64,000 nt of DNA from a virus (lineage: Duplodnaviria > Caudoviricetes): the IMG/VR virus record IMGVR_UViG_3300017963_000189; one strand, 5' to 3'. Both the position numbers and the translations under genes were made by a program. Every line of letters begins with the position of its first letter. Within the stretch, counting starts at the first letter, position 1. Below are positions 20,801 through 30,400 of the stretch, one piece after another. The notes beneath the pieces are model-generated. The model made no database searches. It saw only the letters and a program-made list of their open reading frames with translations, and was not told the origin of the DNA.

Positions 20801-23800
20801 GCAACACTCGCACTATCAGCGTTATCCGCATAAAGAGCATGACTTGATGAAACAACACCAGTCACATTAGCTCCATCGCCATAGAAAGCTGATGCTGAAA
20901 CATTTTCCCAAACGTGTAGTGATTCTTGTGGCGAAGTTGTATTTATACCAACACTTCCGGAAAATGTCGAAATACCACTTTCTTGTACACGAAATCTATC
21001 AATTAAATCACTATCCTCAACAACCAATAAGGCTGCGGTAGTAGCACCAGCTCTAATCAAAACCGCCGTTGTTTCAGACGTATTTTGAGTGAAATATGCT
21101 CCATACGAATCTTGACCACCAAAATAACTTTGATCAGCAAATATAGTTTGTGTCGCACGAATATCACCGGTTACGTCTAATTCATACGAAGGTGTAGTAT
21201 CTCCTATACCAACTTTATTTTTGAAATAATTTACTGTTTCACCAAATTCAACCCAACGATTAGCAGCAGTTGAAAATGGAAATAAACCAAGTTGAATTGA
21301 ATATGAAGCGTTGGCAGCCCAGTGTTCTGCGTCTCGACCTTCCCAACGAATTACTCCGGTTTCACCCTCAGAAGCAGAAAATTCGAAATCAACTAAATTC
21401 AAATCAGGATTTTCAATCATCATTCCAGTAATACCGGTTCTACTTTGTAATCTTATTCGTGTCGTACCAAGTGTGTCGCCAGTTTGTTCAATCACAAATT
21501 CATTATCAGCAGTTGTAAGATGGGTAGAATCTTGTATCTTCAATGTTCCAGAAATATGGACATCACTGACTCGTTTGATGTATCCGTCAGAACCAGTCCA
21601 ATATGAACCACTACCAATAGGTGTATCTATTCCAGTAAGATTACTTCCATCACCAAAATAAGTTGAAGCAGAAACAATAGATGCGGAAACCGGACCATCA
21701 ACAATAAGACTTCCACTTATATTTACACTCGATGTAAATTGAGAAATTAATCCGGCACTCTCAATGAATAGTCCATGTCTATCAGCTTGAGCGTCTTGAA
21801 ATCCTAACCATATACTATTATTGTTATTATTTGTTAATCTGTTGCTCGTTGATGTACCGGAACCTATTACAAATGTATTTCCACCTGATCCAATTTCAAC
21901 AAACTTACCTGCAATCAAAAATGTATCAGGATACGCATCAGTTACAAAGTTGTCTTGACCACCAAGTATAACCCCATCTATACCACCTGCCATAGCATTA
22001 CGTATACCACCAATTATTACATTACTATACGCACCACCATCCATTTGTCCTGCATATGCACCAATTATGGCATTATTTTGAGTACCGTCGCCAATTTGAT
22101 TTTGTTCTCCACCAAGAATAACAGAATAATCAGACGAACCACTTATTGTATTCGCATCCCCAGCATAAATACCAGCATAATTTGTATCATTTATTGTATG
22201 ATTTATTCCTATCGCTACAGAATCCGCCGATCCAGACATAATAATTGTATCACCAAGTGCGAAAACAACATCCGATTGATAAATTTCATTATATTGTCCA
22301 GCAACAAATAATCCACCATTATCACTTGCGGGACTTACGGCTTTATTATATAATCCAACAATAAAACTATCAGTAGTGCTATCTATTGTATGAGCTAAAC
22401 CTGCAATAAACGAGTTTCCAATATTTTTGACTTCGGACGCACCATATAATTGAATAATACTTGAATTAATATTACTTGCTGATATATCACCAGCTGCAGG
22501 AGCGGAATTTTTATAATCTCCACCCGCATCAAACATTACTAAACTTGATGTTATTTGTGTCGCGTAAAATGGACTGAATTGTGGAATATAATTTCTATCT
22601 CGGCCAAACAATAACATATTTTTGTTTAAGTTAGAATCTATTGAACCTGTTATTCCATTATTCCCAAGAATAAAATTAGTTTGAGTGTAGGAATTGTTAC
22701 TCGCATCAAAACTACCAGTTACTTGTACTCTACTACTTCTTTCAATATATCCGGCTTGACTTCCCGTCCAATATGAACCACTACCAACAGGAATAGGTAA
22801 GTTTGTAAGATTCGCACCATCACCATAAAATGCTGAAGCCGTTACATTACCCCAAACATGAAGTTTATCAACAGGAGCTGTTGTTCCAATTCCTATATTA
22901 TGTGAATTATTTATATATAAATCTTCACCATCATTTGCTCCCAAAACAAGTGGATTATTTGTTCGGCCATACAATTTAATTGCTCTATTTCCTAACCCAT
23001 CATCTAGCGCTACTATTTGTGATATTGTTCCGGTATTATCTCCTAAACTTACTAAAACGATTCCACCACCGGCATTTCTTTTTACAATAAGTGGAAGGCC
23101 AGTATCAGATATTGAAAGAGAACCTGTTATTTCATGAGTATTAGCTACCGCATTTCCAAGTTTTGTTGAACCGGCTACATCAAGTATTGCTTGTGGATCG
23201 GTAGTTCCTATACCTACATTTCCACCACGTTTGAACGCTACACGACCGGTCGTTCCATCATGAAATAATAGTTGTGTTCCATCACTCGTTTCTGCTGGAT
23301 TTAATATAGCCCATGTCAATGAACCAGTTCTATAAAAACGTAGTTGATCTTGTCCACCTGCATCACAATCTACTCCAATCATTGCACTCGTATTTATATT
23401 CGCATGAACATATAAATCGTTTTGTGGATTTGTCGTTCCTATACCCACATAACCCAATCTATGTATTTCATTCGCAGCACTCATTGTCCAATAAGCATTC
23501 TCAGCCCATGAAGCTGATGTAGCAAATGAAGCATAACTTGATGAAATTACTCCAGTTACATTTGCTCCATCACCGTAAAAGCGGGACGCTGATACATCAC
23601 TCCAAACGTGTAATGATGAAGTTCCTACCGCATGACTATCCGTTCCAATACCTACATTTGAAGTTGAACTTGAAACACTAAGTATAGCGTCACCAACCTT
23701 CAACAATGAATCAAACGGAGCAATACCTTGAATCTCAAGTTGTGATTTTGGAACAGTCGTACCAATACCAACATATCTACTAAAAGGTATTCTCATTACT

Positions 23801-26800
23801 TCAGTACCAGATACAGTAAATGAAAAATATGATCCACCACCACCAGAACTCAACGCCATATAATCATTTGATTGTATGTTAGCACCATTTCCACCGTCGC
23901 CAAGATCGGCAAATGTAAGTGTTGGTGTAGCAGACGCATCAAGTTTTATGAATCCATTTCCACTATTATCTTTAGCAATAATTGTTCCACTCACGTGAGC
24001 ATTTCCAAGAACATGAAGTGCTTCAGTTGGATTTTGAACTCCTATTCCAACAAGATCAGATGTATCATTCAAAAATACATCATTTCCATTCTTTTGCCAG
24101 ATTGAAGCTGATGTAGCAAGATTACCAGTTATGTTATCTCCATTTCCATAAAAAGCAGAAGCAGTTACATCGTTCCAAACATGAAGTCCACCCGCACCAC
24201 CGACAGGTGATGTCGTTCCAATACCTACTTCATTCAAGAAATATGAACGGCTACCACTTTGTTGTATTGATCCAGTAAATGAATGTATATCACTTGCATC
24301 GTCGCCAAACTTAGTCGATCCACTTGAATATAAAATCGACGATGAAAAATATGTCGTTTGTATCTCGTTGGCGAAAAGAACGCCGTATATAGTTGCGTCA
24401 CCGTTTACCACAAGTCCACCATCTATCGACATCGACTGATCAACCTGTATGTTGGACGCTGTTATTCTTGGAGTTATTATGTTGGACGCTGTTATGAATC
24501 CCTTTACCGTAATAGCATCCTCAAATTGAGCATCACTCGATGAAATACTTGTCCACACATGAAACTTAGCTACAGGTTCTGCAGTTCCTATACCTATATT
24601 GCTTCCGGTCGTGAATACAAGAAACGGTTGATTGTCGTCCAGGGACGCTTCACCTACTTGTTCCATATCTCCACCAGTTAAAAAGGCGAACTTGAACTTT
24701 CCACCATCCGAATCATCTACTCCATGCGCCCAAGATATGTCATTGTTGTTGTAATAACTTATCAACATATTTCCACGAGAATCACCGGATTCAAAATATG
24801 AGTTGTGAATCGATAATCTTGTGTCACCTGCAGAAGCACTATCTATTATCATGTGAGCGTTTCCACCGGAAATATGAAGTCTCGCTTTTGGTGAAGTATT
24901 TCCAACTCCAACATAACGAGCAGTATCTACAAGAAATACCGTATTTAATCCATCACTACCTGTCCAAGTGTTTGAAGCACCATCAATACCACTCGTTCCG
25001 GAAGTTCCTGCGGAACCAGTAGGCCCAGCAGAACCAGTAGGCCCAGTAATTCCACTTGTACCTGAAGTTCCATTTATACCTGAAGTTCCACTTGTACCTG
25101 ACGCACCACTCGTTCTACGTTTAAATTGACCACTACCACTATCCCAAACTACAAAGTCGCCAAGACCTTCATTCGATTGTATATTCCTCAAACCTAATGA
25201 ACCACTAACATCTACGCTCGACGTTATAACCATATCTTGACCACTATTATTCAAAAAGAGTCCATATACATTAGCAGCAGATGTTGGACGAAAAGCTAAC
25301 CAAATACTATTATTATTATCATTTACTAATCTATTTGCTGCTGAATTTCCGGATCCAATTACAAATGTATTTCCACCTGATCCAATTTCAACAAACTTAC
25401 CTGCAATCAAAAATGTATCAGGATAATCGTCAGTTACAAGATTGTCTTGACCACCAAGTATAACTCCATCTATACCACCAGCTATAACATTACGTATACC
25501 ACCAATAATAACTGATCCATATGCGCCACCATCAATTTGACCTTGAAATGCAGAAATAATAGAATTATTTCCCGATCCACCACCAATTTGACCTTGTTCA
25601 CCACCGATAATTGTTGAATAATCACAACCACCACTTATTTGACTTGAATCTCCAACAAAAAGACCTGATCCCCACTCACTGTCCATAAAATGATTATATC
25701 CACCAATAATAGCTGCATCACCAGATCCAGAAGATATGGATGAATCAGATAACATAAATACTGCATATGCTCCATGAAGTTTATTTCCGTATCCCCCAAC
25801 CCAAACAGTTTGATTATAATTGCTAGATAAACTATAAAGTTCATTTGATTGACCAAAAATAAAACTACCATCACCTAAACGATATACATTATTTGTATCT
25901 CCACCTACAAATGAAGCTCCAATAGAATCAATACTTCCTCTACCGTATTGTTGAACAATACTGGCAACAATATTACTTGCTGAAAGAGCTCCTGCAGCTG
26001 GAGCTGAACCTTTATAATCTCCACCAGCATCAAACATTATTAAACTTGATGTATTTTTTGTAGAATAAAATGGACTGTATTGTGGAACATAATTTACATC
26101 TCGACCAAACAATAAAATATTTTTTCCAAGATATGTACTTATTGATTCATTTAATAAAGCAGCATTCCCAAGAATAAAATTATTTTGAGCATAAGAATTA
26201 TCACTTACATCAAAACTACCGGTAACTTTTACATTACCTACTCTTTCAATATAACCAGTAAATGAACCCGTCCACAACGAACCACTACCAACAGGAATAG
26301 AAAGATTTGTAAGTCCAGATCCATCACCAGTGAAAGATGAAGCTGATACATCACCGTCAACATTCAAACTTCCACTAATATTTACACTTGATGTAAATTG
26401 AGAACTCAAACCTGCATTTTCAATAAACAATCCATGTCTATCAATCGCAGTTGATCGGCGAAAACCTAACCATATACTATCAGTATGAGTGTTTATTAAT
26501 TTATTTGACGAGTTAAAACCGCGACCTAATACAATAGCATTATTAACACCATCTATTGTAATATATCTACCCATAATCATACTGGAATTTGCTCCACCGA
26601 TTATCCTATTGTAATCTCCACCAATAATTACATTATACGCTCCAGCATCCAAATGATTATCAAATCCAGCTATTATAGCATTTCCATAAGTACCATTATT
26701 TATTGATGAAAAATTAGAAGAATATATACCACTACTATATGCGTTGTCGCCAATCGTACTTGAATCACTACCAACAACTGCTACTAAATTTGAACCTGAA

Positions 26801-27402
26801 ATACTAACATTTTCTCCACCAACAATAGCAGAACTATCTACACTATCTATTATTGAATGTGCTCTACCAGTAACAATATTAAAGTCAGCATCATTTCTTA
26901 AAAGATGATCATCCCCTACTACTACATTATAATCAGAACTACTAATAGTTGAATTATATGTCATTAATAAAAGATTAGATATATTATTAATTTTATTTGC
27001 GTCGCCACCAACAATACTAAAACTCAAATATCCTGTTACCGTATTATCAACACCTACTACAATAGAACCTTGTTTAACTCCATTTACATTGTGATCTTGA
27101 CCAATTATTGCAGCATTTTGAATACCATCTCCGGTTATAGTATGACCTGTACCTACTATTAACTCTTTTGATACATCAAAACTTCCGGTAATTGATAAAC
27201 TTCCGGATATGTTCACTGATCCACTTGTAAGTGAATTTGTTGTAAGTACCGTAACAATTTCATCCACACTACCACTTTTATGTATGTATACCTTTCCATC
27301 ATACGTATTTATGGCTAATTCACCTAACTCTAATGATGAAGTTGTTGGAAGTTTGCCAGGAATGGCGCTGCGGATGTGCCTGATAAGATGTTGTCTTGGC
27401 AT
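17884..27402 (-). CDS. Giant long tail fibre/adhesin (3172 aa)
   Basis: N-terminus RSAIPGKLP...LGELAINTYDGK resembles T4 gp37 N-terminal GELAIN motif; four YadA-like beta-roll blocks (S/AxIxGGxxN); GIGT repeats; short TSG/GPT collagen-like linker; C-terminal KSFDIGHP...RLRYGSLEGPEYG chaperone-like domain. Confidence 0.85.
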   Translation of the reverse strand: MPRQHLIRHIRSAIPGKLPTTSSLELGELAINTYDGKVYIHKSGSVDEIVTVLTTNSLTSGSVNISGSLSITGSFDVSKELIVGTGHTITGDGIQNAAIIGQDHNVNGVKQGSIVVGVDNTVTGYLSFSIVGGDANKINNISNLLLMTYNSTISSSDYNVVVGDDHLLRNDADFNIVTGRAHSIIDSVDSSAIVGGENVSISGSNLVAVVGSDSSTIGDNAYSSGIYSSNFSSINNGTYGNAIIAGFDNHLDAGAYNVIIGGDYNRIIGGANSSMIMGRYITIDGVNNAIVLGRGFNSSNKLINTHTDSIWLGFRRSTAIDRHGLFIENAGLSSQFTSSVNISGSLNVDGDVSASSFTGDGSGLTNLSIPVGSGSLWTGSFTGYIERVGNVKVTGSFDVSDNSYAQNNFILGNAALLNESISTYLGKNILLFGRDVNYVPQYSPFYSTKNTSSLIMFDAGGDYKGSAPAAGALSASNIVASIVQQYGRGSIDSIGASFVGGDTNNVYRLGDGSFIFGQSNELYSLSSNYNQTVWVGGYGNKLHGAYAVFMLSDSSISSGSGDAAIIGGYNHFMDSEWGSGLFVGDSSQISGGCDYSTIIGGEQGQIGGGSGNNSIISAFQGQIDGGAYGSVIIGGIRNVIAGGIDGVILGGQDNLVTDDYPDTFLIAGKFVEIGSGGNTFVIGSGNSAANRLVNDNNNSIWLAFRPTSAANVYGLFLNNSGQDMVITSSVDVSGSLGLRNIQSNEGLGDFVVWDSGSGQFKRRTSGASGTSGTSGINGTSGTSGITGPTGSAGPTGSAGTSGTSGIDGASNTWTGSDGLNTVFLVDTARYVGVGNTSPKARLHISGGNAHMIIDSASAGDTRLSIHNSYFESGDSRGNMLISYYNNNDISWAHGVDDSDGGKFKFAFLTGGDMEQVGEASLDDNQPFLVFTTGSNIGIGTAEPVAKFHVWTSISSSDAQFEDAITVKGFITASNIITPRITASNIQVDQSMSIDGGLVVNGDATIYGVLFANEIQTTYFSSSILYSSGSTKFGDDASDIHSFTGSIQQSGSRSYFLNEVGIGTTSPVGGAGGLHVWNDVTASAFYGNGDNITGNLATSASIWQKNGNDVFLNDTSDLVGIGVQNPTEALHVLGNAHVSGTIIAKDNSGNGFIKLDASATPTLTFADLGDGGNGANIQSNDYMALSSGGGGSYFSFTVSGTEVMRIPFSRYVGIGTTVPKSQLEIQGIAPFDSLLKVGDAILSVSSSTSNVGIGTDSHAVGTSSLHVWSDVSASRFYGDGANVTGVISSSYASFATSASWAENAYWTMSAANEIHRLGYVGIGTTNPQNDLYVHANINTSAMIGVDCDAGGQDQLRFYRTGSLTWAILNPAETSDGTQLLFHDGTTGRVAFKRGGNVGIGTTDPQAILDVAGSTKLGNAVANTHEITGSLSISDTGLPLIVKRNAGGGIVLVSLGDNTGTISQIVALDDGLGNRAIKLYGRTNNPLVLGANDGEDLYINNSHNIGIGTTAPVDKLHVWGNVTASAFYGDGANLTNLPIPVGSGSYWTGSQAGYIERSSRVQVTGSFDASNNSYTQTNFILGNNGITGSIDSNLNKNMLLFGRDRNYIPQFSPFYATQITSSLVMFDAGGDYKNSAPAAGDISASNINSSIIQLYGASEVKNIGNSFIAGLAHTIDSTTDSFIVGLYNKAVSPASDNGGLFVAGQYNEIYQSDVVFALGDTIIMSGSADSVAIGINHTINDTNYAGIYAGDANTISGSSDYSVILGGEQNQIGDGTQNNAIIGAYAGQMDGGAYSNVIIGGIRNAMAGGIDGVILGGQDNFVTDAYPDTFLIAGKFVEIGSGGNTFVIGSGTSTSNRLTNNNNNSIWLGFQDAQADRHGLFIESAGLISQFTSSVNISGSLIVDGPVSASIVSASTYFGDGSNLTGIDTPIGSGSYWTGSDGYIKRVSDVHISGTLKIQDSTHLTTADNEFVIEQTGDTLGTTRIRLQSRTGITGMMIENPDLNLVDFEFSASEGETGVIRWEGRDAEHWAANASYSIQLGLFPFSTAANRWVEFGETVNYFKNKVGIGDTTPSYELDVTGDIRATQTIFADQSYFGGQDSYGAYFTQNTSETTAVLIRAGATTAALLVVEDSDLIDRFRVQESGISTFSGSVGINTTSPQESLHVWENVSASAFYGDGANVTGVVSSSHALYADNADSASVAISSSTSLFAVTASYAENAGTSTDPNVALSASIWQESASVVWLNSGSNSVGIGVSGSSVDAKLHVYSQDTGSRAFLVEGQNGALFQVLDELSGSLFAVSDISGLPILEVFDDDRVVAGKFNTNALVVTGSNVGIGTAQPAVGTASLHVWSDVSASRFYGDGSQLSGLSQGYWTASGGDIHRFSNVGINTATPSTTLDITAAGANGLVLSPDTNDNTDSARFFLESSVHTYNIMNDNGIFGIRSGATTGAGSGTARLLLNSSGDLTLNASPQQMTIKFVENADDDYWMFSGSGDTTTRGFIFDATKAGTQYMKLRSYGVTSDAYFRIGDPTDTEFMAIGYNGTYGYMEATQSADLILQPGRWGSGLTGNVGIGMTNPTQKLEVSGSVRASRFIMTNVAAGSPGASLRYIGNGFTTNDFWYNVPNGGEHRFAENDVVAALISYDNSWFTGQVSASSFIGDGSGLTNISPGEGGLWTGSFADGHIERVSDVTITGSLDVNNSVLIAGKYQSNVTGLEESLVIIGRRNPSTDIPLTVQDITGSIVVLNPFTAAKTASRIWGSIVCDFADNTTGIVDDVFGSLIVGSNHYVSDFSNGLIAGFDNNITSNNSEVFAFGDTLLINNSAYTFANALGATISGSYLAVMLGVESGILNDSNYSVIIGGDAQELSGSSDYSIILGGEQNRFGDGAFNCAVLGAYGANMIGDPYAVTIIGGIRNTIQGGIDGVVLGGQDNLVTNAYPDTFLIAGKFIEIGSSENTFVIGAGTSTANRLTNNNDNSIWLGFQDAQADRHGLFIENAGLSSQFTSSVNISGSLNVTGDVSASTYYGNGSNLTNVTADNAYWTASDGYISRFGDVHVSGTFFAEAKSFDIGHPTKPGHRLRYGSLEGPEYGIYYRGKTRGNIIELPNYWYNLVDEDSITVTLTPIGRPQNLYVVSATSRRIEIKNKSWFDRRKPEYYYVVYGERKDIKKLNVEYKR
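21866..21933. repeat. 68-nt perfect direct repeat, copy 1 (within giant fibre)
   Basis: ATTACAAATGTATTTCCACCTGATCCAATTTCAACAAACTTACCTGCAATCAAAAATGTATCAGGATA identical to 25358-25425. Confidence 0.9.
25358..25425. repeat. 68-nt perfect direct repeat, copy 2
   Basis: Identical to 21866-21933. Confidence 0.9.
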
Positions 27403-27462
27403 CTGCCTTTCTCCTAAATGCTATATAGCTGTTTTCGTTGTTGTGGTATATACCACGTCGAA

Positions 27463-27470
27463 TATAAATA
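27463..27470 (-). promoter_or_regulatory. TATTTATA late-promoter core upstream of giant fibre
   Basis: Intergenic TATATTTATA about 60 nt upstream of ATG 27402. Confidence 0.55.
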
Positions 27471-27487
27471 TATAAGAAATGAAAAAG

Positions 27488-30400
27488 TTAGAACGTTCCA
27501 CCATCTACGGAGAGATACCCAAATGAACCCGTTACAGTAACATCGAAACTACCGGTCACCTTTACATTACTATTACGAGAAATACTTCCATCACCTTCAA
27601 TAGTCCAAACAGCAGAACCAGTCTCAATGTTTGTAAGTTTTTGAGCAACAGAAGCACTAAAATCACTAACATCTATATTTTCAACTAAACCTTCATAATT
27701 ACTTGCGGATATTTCATTCCAAACGTGTAAGTCGGCTCCAGGTGTAGTTGTACCAATACCTACTCGATCATAATTTATTGTAGTAAAAGTTTTTTGAGAA
27801 CTAAATGCGGCATATTCAAAATCATTACCATCGTTACCATATGTAAAAAGAAATCCACTACCAGAATTAAATTCCTCAACTAAAACTTGACCAATGTTAT
27901 CGCCACTATCTATGGCTCTAAAATATGATTCACTTGTTACAACATTGAGATTAGTATCAACTATGTTGTATGCTACATCAGTTACTCCAGTCCCATCATT
28001 CCAATAACTAAAACCGGTAAGGATGTCGCCATTTTCTAATTGTACTACGTCACCATAATCCCAATACCATTCATCATCATCCGTTACTTTTCCAGTTCTT
28101 TTTTGAATTAATATACTTCCAGTTGGATCAATGATAGCGGCGTACCATTCGTCCCGTGTATCATATTCTAATGCGTATGATAATACTACATTTCCATTTG
28201 TTAAGCTTGTCGCCGTTAAGTTGTATAAATACCAACCCTCAGGATCCACACGAGAATCAACGGCTGTTCTTTCTTTTACTACACTTCCTGTTGGATCAAT
28301 TATTTTATAATAATACTCAGGACTATTGTAATAAATAAGTATAACATTACCATTATTAAATGTAACAGGATAATGTTTAGTGGTTGAATTATATGTATCT
28401 ATTATGGATTTTGTTACATAGCATTCACTTGGAGTTGAACCACTTGTATTGATAATAGCATACTCAGTTCGGGCACCCAATCCACCTTCAGTGTTTTGAT
28501 ATAAAAGTAAAATATTACCATCATTTAATAATGTGCTTCCGAGCGCGTTTGAACGGGAAGGCGACCATTGAACTGTCTTTAAAATCGTTCCATTTGAATC
28601 TATTTGTACATATTTTGAATCTCGTAATGCTCCACCACCAGAATATTGATTCCAATAAAATATATGCGCTTTACTTCCGGATACAATTATATCTTGATAA
28701 TCTGCTTGAGCACTTGCAGTAAAAGTTAATATCGAAGATGATAAACTTCCAGTAGCATCAAATATACAATATTGTCCACTCGCATTATTATGTTCCCATG
28801 AATGTATTATTTTCCCATCAGAAAATTTTCCAATAGCATGATGTGAATAAAATGTCGATGTTTGTACAAGTGATTGTGTCGTTATATTATTAACATAACT
28901 CGTATCAAATGGAGTGAATAACATTCTATCAGTATCACCGTAAAACTCACTTACATCTACTCCATCTACGGTGTCACCGTCTCTAAACTTGAGATTACCA
29001 CTTATTTGTACTTCACTATAACGAGAAATGGACATACTGTCATATGAACCAGTCCAAAATGAATCTCCAAGACTTGCACTTGCACTCGTTCCACTTGTAC
29101 CACTCGTACCATCATTTCCAGGTAATCCATCCGTACCACTCGTACCAGATGTTCCATCAGACCCACCACTTCTACGTTTGAACTCACCACTACCAGAATC
29201 CCAAACTAAGAAATCACTTAATCCTTGATCTATACTCGCAGAAGCAAAAAACGCGGACGCTGTTACGTCTCCAACCGCATGAATTCCAAAACTCGCTGAA
29301 ATTGAACCAGTTATATTTAATCCATAAAGTTGACCAATTCCATCTGAATTATTTATCCACCATTTTTTACCAGTTCCTAAATTTCTACCACCAATTTGAC
29401 GACCTGTTAAATATGTTGCTTCAGTTTCGCTTGTAAGAATATCTAAATAAGTTATCGCGATTCCACTTGCAGATTTTAAATGAGTACCTGCAACCGCTTG
29501 ATTAAAATTAATAATTATATCTTCTCTTTGTGTCGGAATGGTAAATCCCAATGGATCAGATTGAGATATTGCAAGTATATCAATTAAAGCTCCACTCACA
29601 ATTAAACTTCCTGATATATTTACTTGACCAAAACGTTCAATATGACCATCACCAAATGAACCAGTCCAAAGTCCACCAATACCTGGCGCAACAGTTTGAG
29701 CAAATGATGCTGTTATAGAAGTCAATGCATGACTTGATGTAATAGATGTGTCCGCAAACGATGAACTTATTGTCCATTCAGCAAATGAAGATGATAATGT
29801 ATTGTCAGCAAATGATGAACTTATTGACCACTCAGCATGTGATGCTGTCGGTGTACTTTCCGCAAACGATGAACTAATTGACCAATTAGCATGTGATGCG
29901 GTTGGTGTACTTTCGGCGAACGATGAACTTATTGACCATAATGTTGAACTCGCAGATACAGCTTGACTTGAACTTTCAACCCAACTTGCAGTTCCATATA
30001 ATCTATTATCAGATCCACTGAGATATAAACTACCACTTATCTTTACATTACTATCTCTACTTATCGTTCCATCGTCATTGAGTGTCCATAATGTAGATCC
30101 TGTTTGTAAATTATTTATTTGTGTCGCCACACTTGACGAAAATTCAGAAATATCCACTCCATCAACTGTATCTAAATCTCGTAAAACAATATTTCCCGAT
30201 ACAATTAATCCTTGAAATGTACCTATTCCTGTATAATTAGAAATATTAAATTTTGTTGTTGTTACTGACAAACCATAATCATAAAGTGTTCCAACAATAC
30301 CTGAATCATCTATCACAATTTGATATTCGGTATCAATAAATTCATCTCTGTAATCTTTATAAATTGTTCCACGCGGATAAATCGTAGTTGAATATGTGTT

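Noticed and set aside
24985-25110. Collagen triple-helix domain in the giant fibre
   Set aside because: Only about 13 Gly-X-Y triplets (TSG/GPT); treated as a short flexible linker.
29700-29980. CRISPR-like array
   Set aside because: The repeats are in-frame 27-nt coding units with no unique spacers; the + ORF 29748-29966 is their antisense shadow.
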